A DNA stretch of 64,000 nt from Dehalococcoidia bacterium (GTDB lineage Bacteria; Chloroflexota; Dehalococcoidia; SM23-28-2; WHTN01): positions 2,764 to 66,763 of the forward strand of contig WHTN01000005.1 in NCBI GenBank assembly GCA_009377715.1, written 5' to 3'. This document shows, piece by piece, positions 36,529 to 46,309 of the stretch (position 1 is its first letter; each line of letters opens with the position of its first letter). The notes beneath the pieces are model-generated. The model was not told where the DNA came from and did no database searches. It saw only the letters and a program-made list of their open reading frames with translations. The position numbers and the translations under genes are program-made.

Positions 36529-36724
36529 ATTACCGTTTAATGTCTGCTTCGGAATACATTTTGCCTCTAGCTTATTTTAGAACGCTATCTATGGCAAGGA
36601 TGAAGCCCTTGCACAACATGTTAGTCTGTGTGACTACAGGGAGCGAAGATCTCACGTTTGAGGACGTTTTTGTAAGACCCTTCGCGGTTTTGTAGTGGGC
36701 AAAGCGAAGTGCTCAGAGTGACAA

Positions 36725-37903
36725 TTGTCATGGGCCACCGCCGTTTTGCGTGCTACGCGTCGTAATGCTAAATTGGCAAGGATGCTTGATTTGAAGCTCG
36801 GCCAACCGGAACGACTCTATCTCTATAGAGCAACGCTACTCGCGTTGGGCGTACGAGTAGGCCTGTTGCTCGTCGCTTATCTCGCCGGGAGAGCGATCCT
36901 CGACAACCAGCAACCCTTCTGGGACATGATGACGGAGATCTTGCCGCGCTGGGACGCCCAACATTTGATACGCGTCGCTGATGTGGGCTACAGAGACTAC
37001 GGCGAGGACCGTTTTTTCATAGTCTACTTCCCCTTCTATCCGCTTGTGCTCCGCGCTGTTCAATTTTTCTTGCAAGATTACGTCGTTGCGGGGCTCGTGA
37101 TCTCCCTTGTGGGATCAATTGCCGCGGGTTATTTTCTCCAGGCGCTCGCTCGTCTGGATGGCACCGAAGAAGAGGCTAACCGCGCGCTTTGGTATTTCTT
37201 CCTTTTCCCCACAGCATACTTTTTGGTTGTGCCTTATACGGAAGCGCTTTTTCTAGCTCTTCTATTGGGCTCGTACTACACGGGTCGACAAGGCAACTGG
37301 GCGTGGTGTGGTGTGCTTGGGATGCTAGCTTGCGCTACCCGCATACAGGGGTTTGCTGTCGCCCCAGCCCTTCTGTACGAAGCGTACCAGCGGGAAGGTA
37401 AGGCAGGCCTATATCGGGCCTGGTGGTTGATATTAGTGCCGGTAGGCTTCTTGATCTACTTAGGCATCAACTGGGTGGTGCTGGAAGATCCGCTCGCTTT
37501 TTTCGACATTCAGAGGGACCACTGGAATCATAAAATTATACCTCCATGGGAGACGGTGTGGGACGGCTTCAGGGCTTTTCGGGACAGCCCTCCATCGGCA
37601 TTCCGAGCGATGATCGTGGAGGCGCTACTGGTAGCGTTCTTTTTCGCGGCTGCTCTTTTGCTGTTGTCTGTGCGCTGGCTCCGGCCATCCTATCAGATAT
37701 TTTCCTGGATATATCTTTTGGTCTTGATGTCCGATACGTGGCAGATCAGCTTGCCGCGCTATATCTTGGCTATCTTTCCTTTGTACTTCATCCTGGCAAA
37801 GTATGGGGAGAGGCCGGCGGTGCATCAAGCTATAATAACTGCCTTCGCTGTGTCCATGGGTGGCCTTTTCGTAGTATTCGCGAGTGGAAGGTGGGCTTTC
37901 TGA
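36725..37903 (+). CDS. PIG-V-like (GT76-type) mannosyltransferase family membrane protein, paralog 1
   Basis: RWDAQHLIRVADVGY...FFIVYFPFYPLVLRAV. An alternative start is ATG 36782. Confidence 0.7.
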   Translation: MSWATAVLRATRRNAKLARMLDLKLGQPERLYLYRATLLALGVRVGLLLVAYLAGRAILDNQQPFWDMMTEILPRWDAQHLIRVADVGYRDYGEDRFFIVYFPFYPLVLRAVQFFLQDYVVAGLVISLVGSIAAGYFLQALARLDGTEEEANRALWYFFLFPTAYFLVVPYTEALFLALLLGSYYTGRQGNWAWCGVLGMLACATRIQGFAVAPALLYEAYQREGKAGLYRAWWLILVPVGFLIYLGINWVVLEDPLAFFDIQRDHWNHKIIPPWETVWDGFRAFRDSPPSAFRAMIVEALLVAFFFAAALLLLSVRWLRPSYQIFSWIYLLVLMSDTWQISLPRYILAIFPLYFILAKYGERPAVHQAIITAFAVSMGGLFVVFASGRWAF

Positions 37904-38049
37904 TTTGACGAGCGGCCCATAGCATAGGAAGGCATGTCTTATGGACAGCCGTGGCCCAAATACGGCTGCTGGATCAGCTAAGTGGCCTCAGCTTAAATGC
38001 TCCCGAGAGCTAATTGCTCGTTGCTATGTAAAATGATAAGTTACCGTAA

Positions 38050-39213
38050 ATGGCCTTTCCGAATATTGCCGAAAGAATTTCCGTAACTACTGCCCCAAAA
38101 CTGGGAGCGCAGGACCGCACTTTCCTCTCGCGAGCGTTTCTATTAGCCATTGGCATTCGTGTTGGTCTATTTATAGTCGCCTACTACGTCGCCGGACGGG
38201 TGATCCTCGGGCTCTACGATCCTCTCCCCGATCTGCTTCATCAAACGATGAACCGCTGGGATGCGATCCATTATTTGAGGATCGCGGAAATCGGTTACCC
38301 GAGCGAGGGCGATCTAAGGATCCTCTTGGTCTTTTTCCCCCTCTATCCTCTTACAGTTCGTATAGCTCATTACATAATTCCAAATTACGTTTTAGCGGGC
38401 GTCGCCGTCTCTTTCGTCGCCTCCATCGTTGCGGGTTACTACTTGCAGAAGCTATCTGCCTTGGACAACGATGACGAAGAAGCTGGCCGTGCTCTATCCT
38501 ATTTCTTCCTCTTTCCTAGCGCCTATTTCCTAATCGCCCCTTATACAGAAGCTCTATTCCTCGCTCTCGTCCTGTCGTCCTTCTACGCCGCGAGGCGAGG
38601 CCACTGGGCCTGGGCCGGCACTATCGGAATGCTGGCCTGTGCCACAAGGTTGGGGGGATTGGCCCTTATACCCGCGCTGGCTTTAGAGGCTTGGCAACGC
38701 GATAGATGGCAATCGCCTCAGAGGGCTTTCTGGCTTGCTCTTATACCGGTGGGCTTTCTTTCATACCTCGTCCTTAATTGGGTAGTCACGGATGACCCCT
38801 TCGCTTTCATGACTTTGCAATCTCAACACCCCTGGTACCACGAAAGTGTGATGCCCTGGGAGTGGCTTGCGGATCTGTTCCGAGGTGTTATTAACGTGCC
38901 TGGTTCGCCTGAGCGTACGATGAATTTTGAAGTCCCGTTAGCGGCCTTTCTGTTTGCCGTAGCACTGCTGGCTGTTTCGGTGCGCTGGCTCCGTCTGTCG
39001 TACCAAGTTTATGCCTGGGTAGGGCTGCTGATGCTCATGTTCCTAACCCTACAATGGAGCATGCCACGGTATATTATTACTATCTTCCCGCTGTTCCTCA
39101 TCCTTGCCCGTATAGGGAGAAGGCCAGCGATCCACCAGGCGCTCTTGGCGGCCTCCGCCATGGTGATGGCCGGGACGTTCGTGCTCTTCGCTATCGAATA
39201 TTGGGGAATTTAA
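38050..39213 (+). CDS. PIG-V-like (GT76-type) mannosyltransferase family membrane protein, paralog 2
   Basis: RWDAIHYLRIAEIGY...LLVFFPLYPLTVRIA. It is collinear with paralog 1 along its whole length. Confidence 0.75.
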   Translation: MAFPNIAERISVTTAPKLGAQDRTFLSRAFLLAIGIRVGLFIVAYYVAGRVILGLYDPLPDLLHQTMNRWDAIHYLRIAEIGYPSEGDLRILLVFFPLYPLTVRIAHYIIPNYVLAGVAVSFVASIVAGYYLQKLSALDNDDEEAGRALSYFFLFPSAYFLIAPYTEALFLALVLSSFYAARRGHWAWAGTIGMLACATRLGGLALIPALALEAWQRDRWQSPQRAFWLALIPVGFLSYLVLNWVVTDDPFAFMTLQSQHPWYHESVMPWEWLADLFRGVINVPGSPERTMNFEVPLAAFLFAVALLAVSVRWLRLSYQVYAWVGLLMLMFLTLQWSMPRYIITIFPLFLILARIGRRPAIHQALLAASAMVMAGTFVLFAIEYWGI

Positions 39214-39361
39214 ACTCTCCGAAAAGCGCCACTACAATCGCAGAATCCCTAACCACAGCGGTCTGTAAAATGTATGGACTATAAGTAAAGCGAGTCGCTA
39301 AAATTACTTTAAGCGGACGGGACATTTTAGCTACGTATTCGAAAGAGATAGTGTAATAGTA

Positions 39362-40114
39362 ATGAGTCCTACGTTCCTCTCGATCGTTATACCGGCGTAT
39401 AACGAAGAGCGGCGTATCTCCTCTACCCTCGACTCCGTAACCGACTATCTAAGTGAGCAGCCCTACACCTGGGAAATTGTAGTAGCCAACGACGGCAGCG
39501 TGGACAGCACCCCTGCTCTGGTAAGTTCATACGAAGGACGATATCCAAACGTAAGGCTGCTCTCGCTTCCGCATCGCGGGAAGGGCGGCGCGGTGCAGGC
39601 AGGGATGCTTCACGCTAACGGCGAATACAGGGTCCTGTGTGATGCCGACCTTTCTATGCCTATCGAGCATATTCAAAAGTTCCTCTCCCCAGGTCTATCC
39701 GATTTCGATATCGCGGTTGGTTCTCGTGAGGCAACCGGCGCGCACCGCTTCGATGAACCGCGCATCCGCCATCTCTCCGGAAGGGCTTTTAACCTTGCGG
39801 TCCGTGCCCTCTTGGTGCCCGATATTCAGGATACTCAGTGTGGCTTTAAATGCTTCCGGGGCCCTGTTGCCGATAAGATATTCCCTATGCTGCGCGTGTT
39901 TGGGTTCGGCTTCGACGTAGAAGTCCTCTTCTTAGCGCAGAGGTTACACTTTAGGACCGTTGAGGTGCCGATTGATTGGTACCACGATAGCGATAGCACT
40001 GTACGGCCCTTTTGGGATGGCGTGGGGATGGCCGGCGATGTCTTACGTATTCGCTGGAACGCCTGGCGGGGGAAATACGCCGATAGCGGCGTAAGCGTGC
40101 CGCTAGCCGAGTAA
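39362..40114 (+). CDS. GT2 glycosyltransferase, polyprenyl/dolichyl-phosphate sugar synthase-like
   Basis: LSIVIPAYNEERRI...VVANDGSVDST...DADLS...QCGFKCF. Confidence 0.85.
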   Translation: MSPTFLSIVIPAYNEERRISSTLDSVTDYLSEQPYTWEIVVANDGSVDSTPALVSSYEGRYPNVRLLSLPHRGKGGAVQAGMLHANGEYRVLCDADLSMPIEHIQKFLSPGLSDFDIAVGSREATGAHRFDEPRIRHLSGRAFNLAVRALLVPDIQDTQCGFKCFRGPVADKIFPMLRVFGFGFDVEVLFLAQRLHFRTVEVPIDWYHDSDSTVRPFWDGVGMAGDVLRIRWNAWRGKYADSGVSVPLAE

Positions 40115-41073
40115 CGCTTCTACGAACTCATCCGGCCAAAACGGAGATAGATCGCCGGACCCTTCACCTGTACCAATGAACTTAACCGGTATGCCCAGTT
40201 GATCAGAGATCGCAAAAACTGCGCCGCCTCTCGCTGTGCCGTCCATTTTAGCCAGGAGTACACCCGTCACATTAACGGCCTCCGTGAAGTATTGGGCCTG
40301 GCTTAAAGCATTTTGCCCGGTAGTCGCGTCTAACACCAATATGACCTCATGCGGGGCAGTAGGGTCTTTTCGCTGAATTACCCTGTAGATCTTCCGCATC
40401 TCCTCCATAAGGTTCGCTTTAGTATGCAAGCGCCCCGCGGTATCGATAATCACAACGTCAGCGTTACGGCTTTGCGCTGCCGAAATGGCGTCGAAGGCAA
40501 CAGCGCTCGGATCGGCCCCTTGTCGGTGAGCGATCACATCGACATCGATCTGATCGCCCCAAGCCTTTAGCTGTTCGATAGCCGCGGCCCTGAAAGTATC
40601 GCCGGCGGCGAGGATGGTGTTTTTACCTTCTTGCTGGAAGGCCCAGGCAAGCTTGCCGATGCTCGTTGTCTTGCCCGTGCCGTTGACGCCGACCACTAAG
40701 ATAACGGCTGGTTTGGGCACGGAAACTGGCTGCTCCTCATCGTTCCAAAGCTGTCCGCGCTGCGGTGGGGAGCTTAAGACGGCGATTAACTCTTGCTTGA
40801 GTACGTCCCGCGCGGCAGAGGGCTCTTTTATACCGGCGTCCTTAACTCTTTGCCGGACGTTTGTGATGAGCTTCTCTGTAGTTATGACGCCAACGTCGGC
40901 GGCGATTAATGTCTCTTCGAGTTCATCCCATAGGTCTTCATCGATCTGCGAGCGCTCGAAGATGCCCGCTACCCGCGAGAACCAGCCACGACGGGTAGCG
41001 GCTACGGCTTGCTCGGTCTTCTCGTCGGCTTGTTGCGAGCGTCGAAAGAAACGGACCAGAATTATCTCCCCAT
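40103..41073 (-). CDS. ftsY: Signal recognition particle receptor FtsY; the start codon is out of frame with the body by one base
   Basis: NG domain GVNGTGKTTSIGKLA...DTAGRL...AKMDGTARGG. The N domain is in frame upstream to 41074 (GEIILVRFFRRSQQADEKTE...). The only ATG (41073-41071) reads ATG GGG AGA TAA. Making the G4 run (41071-41068) G5 gives MGEIILVRFF.... 971 nt, so one added base gives 324 codons. Confidence 0.88.
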
Positions 41074-41080
41074 ACTTTCG

Positions 41081-41644
41081 TTAGGTATCCAGGCCTTCGG
41101 CTTCCTCAGAGGAATGATGAGGTCGGGTTCGCCATATCAGGCGAGTATTACAGAACCAATTCCAGCTAGTGCCCAGGATGATGCCTATCGTATTGGCTAT
41201 GAGGTGGTGGATGCCTACGTATGGTGTGAGGATGTTCAGAACGACGACGGAGATCAGAGGACTGCCGAAAGACGTGGCGTTGAACTGCAGATAACGTTGC
41301 AACAACGGTTTCTTGACCCGGTCTCGAAACGTCCAGCGATCGTGCCAGTAGAAGTTCGAAAATATCGAGACCTCTACTGCAATTATCGAAGCTACTAGGA
41401 GTCGTGCGTCATCGTGTGTAAAAAACAGGAGAGCTGCATCCGAGTCCCTGGGCGGCAGAAAAGGCAGTATGGACGAATCGTAAAGGAGTAATAGAAACGA
41501 CTGGTTGATCAGATAACCTAGCCCGCCGACGATTAGGAAGCGGAGAATAATTGGCGAAACACCGAAGCGGGCTCTTAGGTACTGTTCCAGCCTTAGCCAG
41601 TAGTAGGCTGGCATTCTGTCCAAAACTGTTCGTACGGTCCCCAT
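41081..41644 (-). CDS. GtrA-like family membrane protein
   Basis: RFLIVGGLGYLINQSFLLLLY...ANTIGIILGTSWNWFCNTRLIWR, with four TM segments. Confidence 0.8.
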   Translation of the reverse strand: MGTVRTVLDRMPAYYWLRLEQYLRARFGVSPIILRFLIVGGLGYLINQSFLLLLYDSSILPFLPPRDSDAALLFFTHDDARLLVASIIAVEVSIFSNFYWHDRWTFRDRVKKPLLQRYLQFNATSFGSPLISVVVLNILTPYVGIHHLIANTIGIILGTSWNWFCNTRLIWRTRPHHSSEEAEGLDT

Positions 41645-41693
41645 ATGATCCCATCTATTATAGCAAGGCCAGCTATAGAGACAATGAAGCGGC

Positions 41694-44600
41694 TTAGCCT
41701 GCTGTAGAGCCGGCGAGTTGCAACGAGAGGATGCGCGATGCGCCGTCCGAGTTCATAGAGATCCCGTAAATGCGGTCGGCGGCTTCCATAGTGCGGCGGT
41801 TATGCGTAATGACGATGAACTGGGTCCTCTTCGACAACTCCTGAAGCGCTTTGACGAAGCGGCTTACGTTGCCTTCATCTAGGGCTGTATCGACTTCGTC
41901 CAGGATGCAGAAGGGCGATGGCCTGGTCTGTATCAAGGCAAAGAGCAGAGCGATGGCCGTCAGCGCCTTCTCGCCGCTTGAGAGAGAGTTGAGATTTTCC
42001 GATCGTTTGCCGGGCGGTTGCGCGACTACATCCACGCCTGGCGGCCTGCCGTCTTCCGCAGACGTCGATATAAGCCTGGCGTAACCGCCGCCGAAGAAGG
42101 TTGCTAAACGACGTTGGAATTCCTTATCTACTTCTTCGAAAGTATCTTCAAAACGGTCCTCTAAAATGCTCTCCAGCTTTTCGATCGCGCAACGTATCGA
42201 ATTGCCCCCATTTTCCAAGTCGGTGAGCTGTGTGGTTAAGAAATCGTGCCGCTCTTTGATCCTGCCGTATTCATCTTCGGCCTCCGGGTTAATCTCCCCT
42301 AAGGGTGGAGGCTCGATCTTAGCTGCTCAATGTGCTTCCAAATAGCGGCTGTATCGCAGGTCTCATGCTTGCTCTGAGGCTGGGCAGCTAGCCACTCCGG
42401 TATACGCGTTTGATTGGTTCTTTCGGTGTGTGGTGAAACCGGCGCTACATAGCTGACTGTAACAGCCGCCTGTTCCTCCAGACGAAGACCGGCCGACTCT
42501 AGATGTTCCCGGCTGCTTTGAAGCGCGGCTTCGGCAACTGCACACACCTCCGCCAACGCCTTAAGCTGGCCCTCGATCGACGAAAAATCCGCTTCGGCGC
42601 TTTCTAGCAGGCTTTCCCGAGTTGCTATATCATCCCCATGCGAAGAGCTAATAGCCTTTCTGCCTACAAGCCATTGAGAGAGACGCTCTAATGCCGATCG
42701 TCGTCTGGCTAATTGTAGCCTTAGGGATTCGACCTCTGAAGTCAACGTCTCGTGCTGCGATTCCCTGTTCTCTAACAGCTTGGATACGTTGCTAAGTAAG
42801 TCCTTCTGGGGTTGTTGTGCCGCGTGTAGCATGGCCGCTTGGTTTGCCATGCTTACTGTTTCGGCTTTGGTGGTTGAAAATTGTTGAGCTAGGGCATCCC
42901 TACGGTTTAAGACAGTGCTCAGAATGGCATGTTCTTTACGCGCGCTATTTTCGATGTTGGCGACCACGATCTTAAGCGCCCTGAGTTCTTTTTCCAGCCG
43001 TACCTTTTGCGATCTGCCCAGGGCAGCCCTAGCGGCCCTTTCGTTCTCGATGAGATGACGGATCTCGCCTTGACTGCGGCCGATCTGGTGACGGCAATGG
43101 GCGAGCGCATCTCTCAGGTTTACCTCGCGATCCTTCATATCGGCTAGCCTCTGGCGCAGATTGTGCACGTCTTCGGTATTTCGTTCGATGGATGCGCTCA
43201 ACACCACAATCTCTTCGTTCAGAGCCGCTATCTGCTGCTGTAAGCGCCGGATCCTTCTGGGGATCGCGACGGAGTCGTGTCGCTGTTGGATGATAGGGCT
43301 GCCGCGGCCGCTCTCGATAATGCCGGAAGGATGGAAGACGATGCCATCGCGCGTGACGACGCTGCCGATGCCTCTACGTAAGACTCGGCGAGCGACATCG
43401 ATGGTTTCGACGATGGCCATTCGGCCGAGGAGCGCGTTGACCAGGTAGCGGTACTCTTCTGGACAGCGCACCAACGATGCCGCGATCCCGATAACTCCTG
43501 TCTCTTCCAATAGATGTCGAGGATAACTGGTCTGAACGTCGTCGATAGGCACCAGCACCGTCCTGGCTTTGCCTTGTTTGGCGATATGCTCGGCGACGGC
43601 GATCGCCTCGGCATAATTCTGTACGAGCAGGGCATCCGCCTTGTCGGCCAGGGCGGCCGTAATGGCCTTCTCCAGACCCGCCGGCACCTGGAGAAGCTCG
43701 GCGAAGGTTGCGATGCCCCCGGGTATATCCGCCAAGGTAATGATATCTACGTTGTATCCCGGTTCTACCTGGACCAGAGATCCTTCGCCGCGTCGTCCCA
43801 AAAGCTTTGTGAGGGGGCCGAGTATCCGTTGCCAGGGGTTGATAACGTCGTCATTGTATATGGCCGGGAATGAAGTAGCGTCTTGTATAGCCGGTAGCAG
43901 CGAATCGGCTTGTTCCTGTTCTGGGCTGGGCAAAGCCAGCTGGGAATCTTGCCTTATCGCCTCCAGATGCCCGTGGGCTCGCTCTAGCTGTGCTGTTAGC
44001 TGCTGGAGACTTTGCTTGCGGTCGTTGAGGCGGCTGCGCTGCTCGATTAGCAGTCGCTCCACGTTCTGGCTCCGTTCGAAGACCATCTCCTCGTCTGACT
44101 TCAACCTGCGCTCTTGCCCCTTCAGGTCTGCGTATATCCTCGCGAGCGATACAAGGTGGGCCACCAGGGCATGGGCGCGAGCGGCATCGGAAGTTATTTC
44201 GTCAAGGGCATGGCGCTGTTCCTTGAAGTTCTCCAGCCTACCCTCAACGGCTGCTGACGCCGTCCTGGCTTCGATCAGTTCGTGGTCAGCCGCGTCTGAT
44301 AACCTGCGTCGCTCGGCTACTTCTTCGTCGGACTCGTTGAGCTGTTGTTGCAGAAGGGAAACGGCCGCCTCCTCCGAAGTCAGCCCCTGTCGTAGCCGGT
44401 CGATTCGCTCTTCGTCCTCCGCAACCATCCGCGAGATACGCTGCTTATCGATCTGCAAAGCTTCCATCTCGTTTAGGAGGTCATTGCCCCGTTCGACGAG
44501 TAGCGAAAGATGCTCTTCATCGAGCGTTATCTTTTTCTCTAGCAGATCGCGGCGTTCTTGGGTTAGTACTACGCGGCGAGCGTCCTGCGACTGCTTATGC

Positions 44601-45439
44601 CTGTCGCTTTCCACGCTTGCTCGTACGGCGGTCAGTTGCTGCTCGCTTTCAGCCAAGCGGTCTTCGGCGTTTCGCTGTTCGCCGATAATACGCTCTAGAT
44701 CGGCTTGAGCGTGAGCGAACTGCTCCTGGGCTTGTCCCAATGTCGCGGCATGCCACGCTCGAAGCTCGCTGTTCAATTCGGCTTCTATAGCGTTTCGCTT
44801 CTCAACCTTCCTCACCTGAGTCTCGAAGCGTGAAAGGCCCGGCGTTATCTCGTGGAGCAGCAGTCGGACGCGAGCCATGTTTTCGTTCGTCGCGGACAGG
44901 TGTTCTTCAGCCTCCTCTAACTTCGCCCGGAAGCCTTGTAGGCCAGCCGCTTCCTCGAGGAGGAGCCGGCGCTCTTCGGGGCGGAAGTTCAGTATGGTCT
45001 CGACCAAGCCCTGTCCCATGATGACGTAGTTTCCTTGCCCGGCAGGCGTCTTGAGAAGCAGATCGACGATATCGCGCAGCCGTGAGCGCCGGCCGTTGAT
45101 AAAGTAGGCGCTTTCGCCCGTCCTGTAAGCACGGCGCGTTAATTTGACCTCTCGCTCAGCGACGACTAGCTCACGGTCACTGTTGTCGAGCAACAAGCTT
45201 ACTTCTGCGGTCCGCGCTTGGGGATGCCTCAGGCTTCCCGCGAAGATGATGTCTTCCTGCCTGCGTGCGCGTAAAAGCTTGCTGTGCTGTTCGCCCAGTA
45301 CCCATTGCAGCGCGTCGGCGGCGTTACTCTTACCGCAACCGTTGGGGCCAACGATGGCTGTGATGCCCGGACCGAAGTCGAATACGGTATTAGAAGCAAA
45401 GCTCTTGAAGCCGTCGATCTCAATGCGCTTTAAATACAT
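41694..45439 (-). CDS. smc: Chromosome partition protein Smc, split into two ORFs by a single-base frame change
   Basis: The N-terminal ORF 42299-45439 has MYLKRIEIDGFKSF...GPNGCGKSN, coiled coils and a hinge. The C-terminal frame is open from 42326 (AAKIEPPPLGEINPEAEDEYGRIKERHDFL...LSGGEKALTAIALLFAL...ILDEVDTALD). 3746 nt, so one added base gives 1249 codons. Confidence 0.9.
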
Positions 45440-45453
45440 TTGTTACAGGCTTT

Positions 45454-46170
45454 CTATGTCCCTAATTCGCGCAAGGCCGCTGAGGCGGCACGTTGCTCAG
45501 CTTCTTTCTTGCTTCGACCGGTGCCGCTACCTAGCACCGCGCCGTCCAATTCTACGGTAATCTCGAAAGTCTTAGCGTGGTCTGGCCCGCTCGCAGAGGC
45601 GAGCCGGTAGACAGGGGCATTCCGCCGGTGGTCTTGGGCAACCTGTTGGAGGCGGGATTTCGGATCGATTGAAGTGGGCCTTGCCGCTAACGAAGCCAGC
45701 TGGTCCTTCATGCAGCGTAGGACGAAGGCGCGCGTTTTAGCGACGCCGCCGTCAAGGAGCATCGCGCCTACCAGCGCCTCAAACGCCGCAGCCAAGTTGC
45801 GTGGTTTCTCGCGCCCGCCACCCGTTTCTTCTCCACGCCCCAGGACTATGTGTTCGCCCAGCCCCAAGCTGCGGGCCGTCTCTGCGAGAGTCTCTGTTTT
45901 TACGAGGCTTGACCGCAAGTGCGTGAGCTGGCCCTCGTTTAAATCCGGGTAGTCCTTATATAACCTCTCGGCGATAACGGAGCCGATCACTGCATCCCCC
46001 AGAAATTCGAGCCTTTCGTTCGAGTTCTGGCTGCTAGAAGGCATCTCGTTGACGAATGAGCTATGCACGAGCGCTTGCTGGAGTAGCCGGGGATCTCTAA
46101 AGGTAGCGCCGAGTCTTCGCTGGAGCTCCTCAATCTGCCGAGAAGGCATGGTAGAGGCTAACTTAAGCAT
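45454..46170 (-). CDS. rnc: Ribonuclease III
   Basis: ERLEFLGDAVIGSVIAERLY...a C-terminal dsRBD (KSRLQQVAQ...GRSKKEAEQRAA). The start is uncertain: 46170, 46149, or TTG 46251. Confidence 0.9.
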   Translation of the reverse strand: MLKLASTMPSRQIEELQRRLGATFRDPRLLQQALVHSSFVNEMPSSSQNSNERLEFLGDAVIGSVIAERLYKDYPDLNEGQLTHLRSSLVKTETLAETARSLGLGEHIVLGRGEETGGGREKPRNLAAAFEALVGAMLLDGGVAKTRAFVLRCMKDQLASLAARPTSIDPKSRLQQVAQDHRRNAPVYRLASASGPDHAKTFEITVELDGAVLGSGTGRSKKEAEQRAASAALRELGT

Positions 46171-46309
46171 AGAAAAACGATTGTATGCTGGGTTGAAATA
46201 GCTGTCACGACCATTACGCTCAATGATAGGAAGCGCATCTAAAGGTGTCAAGACGATACCGTGCTATAATACTGTGCCGCGAGCCAGATCATTGGAGGAT
46301 AGCTGAGAA

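Noticed and set aside
43641-44708. 355-aa plus-strand ORF antisense to smc. Similar antisense ORFs are 13919-14368, 14784-15392, 24525-25457, 53566-54204, 55016-55579 and 62337-62996.
   Set aside because: All are embedded in confidently identified genes on the other strand, have Ser/Arg/Ala-rich composition and no recognisable motifs.
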